Positions 47,855 to 56,470 of a DNA stretch of 64,000 nt are shown one piece after another (the stretch's first letter is position 1; each line of letters opens with the position of its first letter). The notes below the pieces were generated by a model. That model ran no database searches, was not told the DNA's origin, and was given only the letters and a program-made list of their open reading frames with translations. The stretch lies in the IMG/VR virus record IMGVR_UViG_3300009610_000028, positions 1 through 64,000 of that record; one strand, written 5' to 3'. The position numbers and the translations under genes are program-made. This DNA comes from a virus.

Positions 47855-48409
47855 ATGGCTGACGTTAAGACTCATATTCCACTCCGAGGTAAATTCCGCG
47901 TCGAGCACTGGCGTGAAGGCAAGTTGCTCCGCGTGCATGAATTTCCCAACGGCATCACAACCGAAGGCAAGAACCGCTTGCTCGATGTGATGTTCCACGG
48001 CACCACTGCCCACGGCACGTGGTATCTGGGACTCATCGACAACGCGAGCTTTACCGCGTTGGCCGCTGCCGACAACTACGACAACATCAACCAGGCCGGC
48101 AACGGTTGGGATGAGTTCGATGACTACACTGACGCCAACAACGCCAGTAGCGCGGTCACTCGGCCTACATGGGCTGAGGGTGCTGCGGCGAGTTCTTCGA
48201 TTACCAACTCCACTGCTGCCATCTACGACATCACCGCGACTGGGACGGTGAAAGGAATCTTCGCTGTAGCAGGCACGAATGCTCAGACGAAGAACGATCA
48301 CACTGCTGGAACCGCGCACGCCCTCTGGGCCACGGCGTTGTTCAATCAGGGTGACCAAGCCGTGAATAACGGTGACCAACTTCGCGTCACATACACGGTG
48401 AGTGCATAA
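47855..48409 (+). CDS. Minor tail protein
   Basis: N-x-ITTEGKN-x-LLD...WYLGLI...GDQLRVTYT pattern; GGGGAG RBS. Confidence 0.75.
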   Translation: MADVKTHIPLRGKFRVEHWREGKLLRVHEFPNGITTEGKNRLLDVMFHGTTAHGTWYLGLIDNASFTALAAADNYDNINQAGNGWDEFDDYTDANNASSAVTRPTWAEGAAASSSITNSTAAIYDITATGTVKGIFAVAGTNAQTKNDHTAGTAHALWATALFNQGDQAVNNGDQLRVTYTVSA

Positions 48410-48418
48410 CTCCCTCGC

Positions 48419-48460
48419 CAAGGCCGGGTGTGGGTGCAAGCCCCGCCCGGCCTTGTTTTC
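48419..48460 (+). terminator. Rho-independent terminator
   Basis: CAAGGCCGGG/CCCGGCCTTG stem plus TTTT. Confidence 0.75.
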
Positions 48461-48475
48461 TATATGGAGGGTGCA

Positions 48476-49579
48476 ATGAGCGTAAGAGACTTTGACGGCT
48501 TCGAGAGCTATGGCACCACTGGTGCTGTCGCCAGTTACTTTGGCAACCGTTATACGTGGTACGACACTCCGGGTGGCGATCAAGTCCCATTCTACAACAA
48601 CCTGGAAGTTGCCACCGGCAGACTTGCAGGCTTCGGTGTCAAGAATGGTGCAAGTGCGGCAGCCTGCTATTTCCGCTTGCAGAAGTCAGGCCCGTTCGCA
48701 GACGGCAATGTCACGGTTGGCTTCGCGTGCAAAATCGGCGGTGAGCATAAGTTCTTCACCCTTATCGAACTGGCACTCGAAGACGACTTTGATTTCGTAG
48801 AGGCCGAGAACTTCAATCTCCGCACAGAAGCTGACGGGAACATTTCGGTCTATTTCCAGAACTCATTGCTCGACACGACTACCGGCATTGATCTGGACGA
48901 CAGCGACTGGCACTACATTGAGTTCAACGCCAAGTGTCATCCCAGTGCTGGTTCATACCAATTGATCGTCGATGGCGTAACTGCATTGTCGGACACGGGT
49001 CTCGATAGTCAAGTCTTCCCCGATGCCGGTCACTTCATTGAAGGCCGATACGAGGGAATGGAATGGGGCAATCAGGACGATACCGATCCCGATTATCAGT
49101 TCGACGATATGTACATCACGCTGGACGATGCGTCTGGCTTGAATGACGGTGTGCTAGGTCCACGAGTTGTGGAAGCGATCACTCCCAATGCGGACGGTGA
49201 CACCACTGACTGGACTCCAAGCACGGGAACCGATAACTACGCGCTGGTTGATGAGAATCCGCCAAACGACGACACCGACTACAACGAGGCAGCCGACTCC
49301 AGCAACGTCACAGACTTGTACCAATACACGAGTCTTTCAACAATCGTTGGTGCGGTGAATGCGGTGATGATTCTCACCACACTGAAACATGACACAAGCA
49401 TCGGTTTCTACGACACGCTCTGGAAAGAAAACGGCACACAAGACGATGACAGCGGCCCAAGCATCTCCACTGATTACGAACAGCGCCCGGTACTCGTAGA
49501 GCAAAGTCCTGACGGTCCTACGAACTGGACGGTCTCACGAGTAAACGGCGCACAATTCGGGATCAAGGAGGACGGCTAA
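48476..49579 (+). CDS. Minor tail protein with lectin-like (concanavalin/LamG) domain
   Basis: DGFESY start, WHYIEF...VDG...FDDMYI. Confidence 0.7.
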   Translation: MSVRDFDGFESYGTTGAVASYFGNRYTWYDTPGGDQVPFYNNLEVATGRLAGFGVKNGASAAACYFRLQKSGPFADGNVTVGFACKIGGEHKFFTLIELALEDDFDFVEAENFNLRTEADGNISVYFQNSLLDTTTGIDLDDSDWHYIEFNAKCHPSAGSYQLIVDGVTALSDTGLDSQVFPDAGHFIEGRYEGMEWGNQDDTDPDYQFDDMYITLDDASGLNDGVLGPRVVEAITPNADGDTTDWTPSTGTDNYALVDENPPNDDTDYNEAADSSNVTDLYQYTSLSTIVGAVNAVMILTTLKHDTSIGFYDTLWKENGTQDDDSGPSISTDYEQRPVLVEQSPDGPTNWTVSRVNGAQFGIKEDG

Positions 49580-50622
49580 TGTCAGCTATTCGCATTACTC
49601 GTCAGATCGTTGAAGTTCTCGGTAAAGACCCGACCTTTCCAACGTTGGTCGATGCCAGCAGTCCGATTAGTCTTACGTCAACCGCCAGCGTCGGTTTCAC
49701 GAAGTCGATCTCGGCAACCAGTACAATCGCGCTCACGCAAACTGCGTCGGTCAAGGGCACAAAGAATCTTAGTGCATTAAGCGAGGTCACCCGGCAAGAG
49801 CTTGATCCTGAGACGCTGGAAATCATTGAAGTCGGCCTCAGCCAGAATGTGGGTCTCGGCCTCACGGTATCCAAGAGCATCGTCGATTCGATCCCGCTAA
49901 CGCAGGACGCGGACGGCGTTCGCTATGATGCCGACGCAGAGATTCTCACTGCTGACAGCACGATCTCACTGGCTCACTCGTCATTGATCGTTGAAGAGCC
50001 GTTGGGAGATTCTGTCATCACGGTGACTGACTCGGCCGACGTGATGGTGGTTAAGCCACTCTACAGCACGTTGGAACTGACGCATGAAGCGTCGGTCAGT
50101 GGCACCTGGGCGCGATCTGCGGAGAGCGAGATCGAGCTTACTCAATCGGTTGGCATGGTGTATATCCCCGGCGGCGGGGTCAAGCTGTGCGAATCTGACA
50201 TCGACCTAGATGGCCCGTACACTGGTGTCACTTCTCCCTTCGCCCTGATCTATCCAGCCACGGGCGGGGCGACTGATACCGTCGAGTTGAAAGCCCCAAA
50301 TCTTGGCAATCGAGATCGGCTCAGCTTCGACAAGATCAATGAAGAGACAAGAGGCGGCACGTTGATCGTGTTCGCTGATCCCATCTGGCCAAAGGTGCAA
50401 ACCCTGGCGCTAACCTTCTCTGGCCTCACGTCAGCGGAAGGCCAAGAGCTTCTCCGATTCATGCAAGAGCATCTCGGCGAAGAGATCAGGCTAAGCGACT
50501 GGGAGCAACGAGTCTGGCGCGGAATCATCACAACCCCAAACGAACCACTCGTTCAAGACGGGCCAGGATGTCAATTCACCGCCAGCTTTGAATTTGAAGG
50601 CGAACTGACAACCCCACCGTAA
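49579..50622 (+). CDS. Minor tail protein
   Basis: Ser/Thr repeats then a domain paralogous to 50634..51032 (P-x-x-x-D/N...W-x-G...EFEG). Confidence 0.7.
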   Translation: MSAIRITRQIVEVLGKDPTFPTLVDASSPISLTSTASVGFTKSISATSTIALTQTASVKGTKNLSALSEVTRQELDPETLEIIEVGLSQNVGLGLTVSKSIVDSIPLTQDADGVRYDADAEILTADSTISLAHSSLIVEEPLGDSVITVTDSADVMVVKPLYSTLELTHEASVSGTWARSAESEIELTQSVGMVYIPGGGVKLCESDIDLDGPYTGVTSPFALIYPATGGATDTVELKAPNLGNRDRLSFDKINEETRGGTLIVFADPIWPKVQTLALTFSGLTSAEGQELLRFMQEHLGEEIRLSDWEQRVWRGIITTPNEPLVQDGPGCQFTASFEFEGELTTPP

Positions 50623-50633
50623 GCGAGGCGAGC

Positions 50634-51032
50634 ATGTTCACGTTTGAAGCGCCCGCTTCGGGCGTTGTCACAACGGTGTTTCTACCGAACCCGTTGTTCA
50701 GCGACACCGAGTCCCTCACGGACACGGTACAAGTCAAGCGTGCAATGGATGGCACGCTCTACAGCTACATCAAGACGAAGAATGGCCGCAGGCGTCTTCA
50801 ATGGACCTTTCGGACAACGCGGAACAAGGGATTGGAATTCCGCGCCTTCCTCTTGACGTATTTTGCTTCCAAGGTTCGAGCAACGGACCACAACGGCCGC
50901 GTGTGGGTGGGCAACTTCACCAACAACCCGTTTGAGTTCGACACGACAAGTCGTGCGGCACCGGCTATCTCGCCGATGCCCAGAGGCGAGACCCAGGAAA
51001 TCACGATTGAGTTCGAGGGAGTGGAGCAATGA
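50634..51032 (+). CDS. Distal-tail-like protein
   Basis: AMDGTLYSYIK...L-x-W-x-F pattern; position. Confidence 0.65.
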   Translation: MFTFEAPASGVVTTVFLPNPLFSDTESLTDTVQVKRAMDGTLYSYIKTKNGRRRLQWTFRTTRNKGLEFRAFLLTYFASKVRATDHNGRVWVGNFTNNPFEFDTTSRAAPAISPMPRGETQEITIEFEGVEQ

Positions 51033-53620
51033 GAGACATTTCGGTGACCTCGTTGGCCGAGATCGCCATGAAGACTGGCACTGAGCCAATCAACATCTTG
51101 GCGATCCAGTGGGTGGATGGTGGAAGCCTTGACCAATATGCCGACCGCGATCTCGCAGGCGGGATCAAGGGCAAGATCAAATTCCTTAGCGAGCTAGACG
51201 CAGTAATCAATGTGTCTGGTGGCGGGCAATCTCAGGCAATTGAAGTCACTCTCGATGACACCGATGGCTCGATCAAAGCCATCCTCGATGCCAACGACAT
51301 CCATAAGCGTCCGTGCTATATCTACCAATGGTTCGAGGGCCTGGACCTGACCGAGAAGTTTCTGATCTTCCAGGGTCAGGTGTCTAGCCCGATCACCTGG
51401 AACGAATCTGGACGCCAGGTCTCGTTCACCGTGATCTCAAAACTCGAAGACCGTGAAGTCGGCTTCTCGGCCGAGGACGGAGCATTCGAGGCCATCCCGG
51501 AAGAGATTGTTGGCCAACCCTGGCCAATGATCTTCGGCACTGCGTTGCATGTACCCGCACTCGCAATCAGTAAGCCACGGGTCGGAACGATCACGAGTGG
51601 TGCAGCCATCCGTGACTTCACGATCCCGCTCCAGATCGACGTGCTCGCTTTGCAAAGAGCGAACACGCTTTCGATTGCTTTGATTTTCCGCAACAACGCG
51701 GAGCACGCCGAAGAAACCGGCGACCTGGCGGCAAAGACCGACTTCCTGAATCGCAAGGCCCAAGCGGAGACGCGGGCCGGAGAGTTGCTCTTTCAAGCCG
51801 GCCAACTCCAGGATGCGCTCGACGAACAAATTCTCCAAGAGACATCGACGCTGACCATCCTCGGTGGCGAAGACTTCCCGCAAGGCACGTCGATCACACT
51901 CGACATCAACGGCGGGCTGTTCACTGGTTACTTCTCTGGCGTCAACGGAACGACCTTCCACATCACGGATAGGCAGCACCCAGAGTTCGGCAACATCGAG
52001 ACGCCGTTTATCGAAGTGTTGTTCGTTACGAAGTCACCATCGACCGGGCCACTTGAACTTGTCGGCTATAGCGAAGAGGTCACTGGCGATAGCGCTGGAT
52101 TCTTCTTTGCCCAAGCCGGCAGTCGCGTGAAGCTGGCCGGTGCTGAGCCGATTGACCACGTGGTATCCATTGTGCCCGGCGAAATCATCAGCGTACATGC
52201 GTACCGCGCCTTTGAAGGCGTTCGACGCCTGGTCACGGTGCCGCCGAACTACTACACGACACGCACGCAAAGCTTCGGTTCAATCAGCGCAGAGATGGTT
52301 CGCCTGGTGAAGCCGCTGTCGAACTACGAAGACGAAGGATGGGACGACGACATTTATGTCACGTTCGAGTCCGACGTTGGTCCGAACGTGGTTGACATCC
52401 TAGAGTATCTGATCGAGCAGTACACGCCGGAGTTGACAGTTGATGCCACGAGCTTCAACTACGTCAAGACACGCCAGGAAGAATACCCGGCAAACTTCGC
52501 TCTGCTCGAACGCAAGAATGTGGTCCAGGTATTAGAAGAGATTGCTCGGCAAGCCCGCTGCGCAATCTGGCTGACGGGAGACACGTTCTACCTTCGCTAT
52601 TTGTCTGAGGAACCTTCGCCTACCGTGAGCATCGCGGAAAGCGATGTTGTGCCGAAGACAATGGAAGTCTTCCATACCAACACGGAAGACTTGGTGACGA
52701 AGTATGTGGCTGAGTGGCGTGAGCACTACGCCGTCGCTGAGCCGAACAAGGTAATCCTCAAGCACAACGTCAAGAAATACGGAACGCAGGAGCTTGTTGA
52801 AGACTACTACATCTACAACACGCAAGAGCTTGTCATCAAGAGTGCCACGTTCTGGCTCATTCGGATGGCGAACACTTGGAAGAAGATTCGCTTCTCGACC
52901 TACCTGACGAAGCTGCAACTGGAGACACTGGATTCTGTCGATCTCGACTTCACAAACACCTACGTTGCCAACGAGTCTGTCGTTGGAATCATTGAACAAG
53001 CCAACTACGATTCCGACAACAACCAGATCGCCTTTGAGATTTGGACGCCGGTAAAAGCCGGCACGATGGTCGCGTATGACTTTGCGTTCCCGGCCGACAT
53101 CGACCAGACGCTTATCTTCCCGACTATCGAAGAGGAGTTCGCTGGTAATGCTGGTGGCGATGGTCCTGGCAAGGATGCTGACGGTGATCTCGGTAGCGGT
53201 ACGATTGTGACAATCACTGGCTACCGCGCGAACCAAAGCTACGGCGACAAGAATCCTTCTGACACTGGTGATGTTGCTCCGCCACTCCCACCCATTGTCA
53301 CCACAGGCGTATTCGATGTCACGAATCCCAACCTGACGAGTCCTGTCTTCCAGAAGAACGCTTCGTACAACCCCGGCGCATCTGCGACTGGTGGGTCAGT
53401 CATTGACATCCACACGACGATTATCAATGACTCGCTGACGAACAAGCAAGCCAAGCTCGACACGTTCTTCAAAGAGATCGGCACAGATTTGAAGCTGCAC
53501 ATGGACACCAACGCCGTAATCGACGATGGCACCAATGAAGGAACGTTTGACTTCTTCTATGACTCCGTGAACTCACCCAACAAGTGGGCCGCCGGACGTG
53601 CGAAACTCTTAGACGTGTAA
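51029..53620 (+). CDS. Tail tip/baseplate hub protein
   Basis: 863 aa, acidic; IFQG-x-V, P-MIFG motifs; position. Confidence 0.75.
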   Translation: MRDISVTSLAEIAMKTGTEPINILAIQWVDGGSLDQYADRDLAGGIKGKIKFLSELDAVINVSGGGQSQAIEVTLDDTDGSIKAILDANDIHKRPCYIYQWFEGLDLTEKFLIFQGQVSSPITWNESGRQVSFTVISKLEDREVGFSAEDGAFEAIPEEIVGQPWPMIFGTALHVPALAISKPRVGTITSGAAIRDFTIPLQIDVLALQRANTLSIALIFRNNAEHAEETGDLAAKTDFLNRKAQAETRAGELLFQAGQLQDALDEQILQETSTLTILGGEDFPQGTSITLDINGGLFTGYFSGVNGTTFHITDRQHPEFGNIETPFIEVLFVTKSPSTGPLELVGYSEEVTGDSAGFFFAQAGSRVKLAGAEPIDHVVSIVPGEIISVHAYRAFEGVRRLVTVPPNYYTTRTQSFGSISAEMVRLVKPLSNYEDEGWDDDIYVTFESDVGPNVVDILEYLIEQYTPELTVDATSFNYVKTRQEEYPANFALLERKNVVQVLEEIARQARCAIWLTGDTFYLRYLSEEPSPTVSIAESDVVPKTMEVFHTNTEDLVTKYVAEWREHYAVAEPNKVILKHNVKKYGTQELVEDYYIYNTQELVIKSATFWLIRMANTWKKIRFSTYLTKLQLETLDSVDLDFTNTYVANESVVGIIEQANYDSDNNQIAFEIWTPVKAGTMVAYDFAFPADIDQTLIFPTIEEEFAGNAGGDGPGKDADGDLGSGTIVTITGYRANQSYGDKNPSDTGDVAPPLPPIVTTGVFDVTNPNLTSPVFQKNASYNPGASATGGSVIDIHTTIINDSLTNKQAKLDTFFKEIGTDLKLHMDTNAVIDDGTNEGTFDFFYDSVNSPNKWAAGRAKLLDV

Positions 53621-53631
53621 GGGAGCGAAGG

Positions 53632-54201
53632 ATGAAGCTGGCGAAGGAGAGCATTGATCGTTTCTTTGACTACGACATTCACGTCGAGAGTCGAACGATC
53701 TGGCTAGGTGATGACGAAGATGGCATCACGGAGAAAACATCGGAGCGTCTCGTGAAGGCGCTCCACATGCTGGCCAACGCCGCGCCCGACAGGGAGATCA
53801 CTATCTTCCTGAATAGTCTGGGCGGCTGTTGGTTCAATGGCATGGCAATCTACGATGCGATTCGGGCCTGCCCATGCCCGATCACTTGCTACATCATCGG
53901 CGCTGCGATGTCGATGGGTAGCATCATTGCACAGGCATGCGACCAGCGTCTGATCTATCCGAACGCAACCATGATGGTCCACGACGGGTACGAGACACGG
54001 GTCGATGACATCCCACGGACGTTTCAGAACTGGGCGGACTACTCGAAGCACACCCAGAAGAAGATGTACGAAATCTATGCTGAGCGGTCTGGACGGCCAG
54101 TGACCTTCTGGCGGAAGAAGTGTTCGGCCGATCTCATCCTGACAGCGGCCGAGGCCAGGGAGCTTGGCCTGGTCGATGCGATCTTCGGAGAGCCAGCATG
54201 A
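53632..54201 (+). CDS. clpP: ClpP-family serine protease
   Basis: LNSLGG, G-x-AIYD, AMSMG (Ser), MMVHD (His), D-x-ILTA-x-EA-x-ELGLVD (Asp). Confidence 0.92.
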   Translation: MKLAKESIDRFFDYDIHVESRTIWLGDDEDGITEKTSERLVKALHMLANAAPDREITIFLNSLGGCWFNGMAIYDAIRACPCPITCYIIGAAMSMGSIIAQACDQRLIYPNATMMVHDGYETRVDDIPRTFQNWADYSKHTQKKMYEIYAERSGRPVTFWRKKCSADLILTAAEARELGLVDAIFGEPA

Positions 54202-54995
54202 TTTTTACGCTCGATGATTGGAATGGCCTCATCACTGACATCAATGCCTTGGCCGTTGACCCGCCGGCTGGCTGCTCGGCCGTGGCTACCTTGCCACTAG
54301 CCGTTGATCCCCACATCTTCAAGAAGACGGACATTACCAGTGCGCGTGCCACGCTCTTGCAGCTATGCTATGAGAATGCGTTTCCGTCGCCCCTGGTAAT
54401 CTGGCTTCAAGATAACATCGACGAAATCGAAGCTGCGATTGCCACAGGATGGTGCAACTGCGATTGCGATAATTGTGATGCACTCTATGCGGGCATCTGC
54501 GCGATCAGCGATCTCGCGAGTCTGGATCGTGAACGGTTCCCCGACATTAGCTGCACCAATCCTGAGAACGAAGCCGGCGCTCACAAGATCAGCGGTCATA
54601 GACACTGGACCGTAACCTGGCACGAAGCTACGGAAGTCACGCGAGTTGAGTTCGCGGACGTGGATTGTGAAGGTACAGGAACGTTCGGAACACTGCCGTT
54701 CGATGTGGGGATCGTGGACGACGATAACTCAGGCAGCGATCAGCGGACGAAGATATTCTATACAAACAACGAGGCACGCGCTCGGCTGGTGTATGACGTA
54801 GTTACGCGAGCGCTCGCTTCGCCCTGTGCGATTGTGGGCTTTCCTTGGGTGACGCCGTTCTTCGCTGCACCAACAATCGCTTTGGAAAACACCATCTTTC
54901 CCACTTTCATTGACCAAGAGTATTTCCACAGAAGCAATAACTGCTTCGGAAGCAATCCGTTTCCGTTCTCAATCTTTGATGCAGTCGATTGCTAA
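54198..54995 (+). CDS. Cys-rich hypothetical protein
   Basis: ATGA-coupled to clpP; WCNCDCDNC. Confidence 0.7.
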   Translation: MIFTLDDWNGLITDINALAVDPPAGCSAVATLPLAVDPHIFKKTDITSARATLLQLCYENAFPSPLVIWLQDNIDEIEAAIATGWCNCDCDNCDALYAGICAISDLASLDRERFPDISCTNPENEAGAHKISGHRHWTVTWHEATEVTRVEFADVDCEGTGTFGTLPFDVGIVDDDNSGSDQRTKIFYTNNEARARLVYDVVTRALASPCAIVGFPWVTPFFAAPTIALENTIFPTFIDQEYFHRSNNCFGSNPFPFSIFDAVDC

Positions 54996-54999
54996 AACG

Positions 55000-55033
55000 A
55001 AAAAGGCCCGCCTGGATTCCAGGCGGGCCTTTT
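55000..55033. terminator. Bidirectional terminator between convergent modules
   Basis: AAAAAGGCCCGCCTGG...CCAGGCGGGCCTTTT. Confidence 0.9.
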
Positions 55034-55038
55034 GGCGT

Positions 55039-55659
55039 TTACAGGATGTCCATCATCAACATTGCCCGGTACACTTCCGTCTCTGCGATGGCATCACAGA
55101 GAGCGTCGTGTGGATTCGGGTTGTGGACGTTGAAGCGGTTGCACAGAGCACCGAGGCCAACCTTGGGAAAGAGTGGCGTCAGTCCGGCGAATGCTGCCTT
55201 GTCGTTCATGTGAATGGCGGTCAGCATCGCGTCACGAGCATGGCTATGGAATAGCTGCTGCGCGAGATCGACGCCTAGCCAGGCTTCTAGGAACTTGGAC
55301 TCGAAGGCCCAGTTGTGGGCCAGCGGTACAAGACATTTGCCAAAGGGCAGATCGAGGCTGGCGACCCACGCCGTCAGCAGATCGGCTACCTTGCCCGGCT
55401 CTGGAGCGTGGAGAAGTAAATCCTCCATGCTGATGCCGTGAACGAAGCCTGCCTTGTGTTCTTGACGTTCGGGATAGTTGGGCTTGATTGTGGTGTAGAA
55501 CGGTCGCACGCCTTCCAGCGGGCGAATGTCAGAGTTGAGTGGCACCACGGCGATTTGAATCGGCTCGTGGAAACCGGCACGACGGCCGGTGGTCTCCAGA
55601 TCAACAGATGCCAGGAGGTTGCCGTTTAGATTGACCAAGCCCGAATAGGTCTTGGTCAT
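55039..55659 (-). CDS. DnaQ-like DEDDh 3'-5' exonuclease
   Basis: VDLETTG, AHNWAFE, HDALCDA. Confidence 0.88.
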   Translation of the reverse strand: MTKTYSGLVNLNGNLLASVDLETTGRRAGFHEPIQIAVVPLNSDIRPLEGVRPFYTTIKPNYPERQEHKAGFVHGISMEDLLLHAPEPGKVADLLTAWVASLDLPFGKCLVPLAHNWAFESKFLEAWLGVDLAQQLFHSHARDAMLTAIHMNDKAAFAGLTPLFPKVGLGALCNRFNVHNPNPHDALCDAIAETEVYRAMLMMDIL

Positions 55660-56312
55660 GCGGCAATTGCCTCCCACGGCTCGATGACTTCCACTTCTAG
55701 CGCTCGACGCATGACGCCTGGCCCGCGTTCCGGCTTGCAGCCTTCATCGCAAAGCCATCTCGCATACATCTCACCCCATCGGCGAAGTTCTTCAATGTCG
55801 CCAGTTTCGCCGAAGATATTATCCCAACCGTCGAAGTTGAGTAGCTCCCGATCCGGCTTGTTCTTCCCAGGCCCATAGCCTGGTCGAACGATCTTGATTA
55901 GTTCACCGCCGACTTCCTTAACGGCCGCCGCCTCGTTGTAGAAGCGCGTGTCGGGGATCAGCACTATGTCCAAACCGAGATCGCTCTTGAGCACATAGTC
56001 GAGCCACGTGCGTTCATAGACCTTCTCGCGGACTGCCGCCGTGCCCATGTCGATCCAAATCTGGCGCGGACTTTTGCCGACTGCCGGCAGCACGACTTCG
56101 CGTAGGCTTGCGCCGGGTTCCGTTTCGTAGAACTCAAGCTCTCGCAGGCCCGCCCAAGCATAAAGCTGGTGACATACGTCCTTGAGCTTCATCGCCCACG
56201 GCACCTTCCCGACGCGAATATCAGGATTCAGGTGTCGAACGTTGGCGATCACTGAGTTTGCGAACGTGTCTTTGCCAACACGGGCATAATGCCCGATGGC
56301 GATAACTTTCAT
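55656..56312 (-). CDS. Deoxynucleoside monophosphate kinase
   Basis: GHYARVGKDT P-loop, A-x-KLKD, SPRQIWIDMGT, PDTRFYNE, IKIVRPG. Confidence 0.85.
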   Translation of the reverse strand: MKVIAIGHYARVGKDTFANSVIANVRHLNPDIRVGKVPWAMKLKDVCHQLYAWAGLRELEFYETEPGASLREVVLPAVGKSPRQIWIDMGTAAVREKVYERTWLDYVLKSDLGLDIVLIPDTRFYNEAAAVKEVGGELIKIVRPGYGPGKNKPDRELLNFDGWDNIFGETGDIEELRRWGEMYARWLCDEGCKPERGPGVMRRALEVEVIEPWEAIAA

Positions 56313-56470
56313 TCTTGCTCCTCCAGTAGTTGTATGAAGTCTCCGCCGTACTTTCGTAGGAGGGACTCTTCGTCTTCTGGCCACTGGTCAAGCTCGATCT
56401 CCACAACCAGTTCCGCGCCTTGCACGGAACGAGAGACCGGGCCGACCACCCGATAGATACCGACGCGCAT
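56309..56470 (-). CDS. Hypothetical protein, 53 aa (MRVGIYRVVG...)
   Basis: Translated by hand; AAGGA RBS; ATGA-coupled to the kinase. Confidence 0.6.
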   Translation of the reverse strand: MRVGIYRVVGPVSRSVQGAELVVEIELDQWPEDEESLLRKYGGDFIQLLEEQE

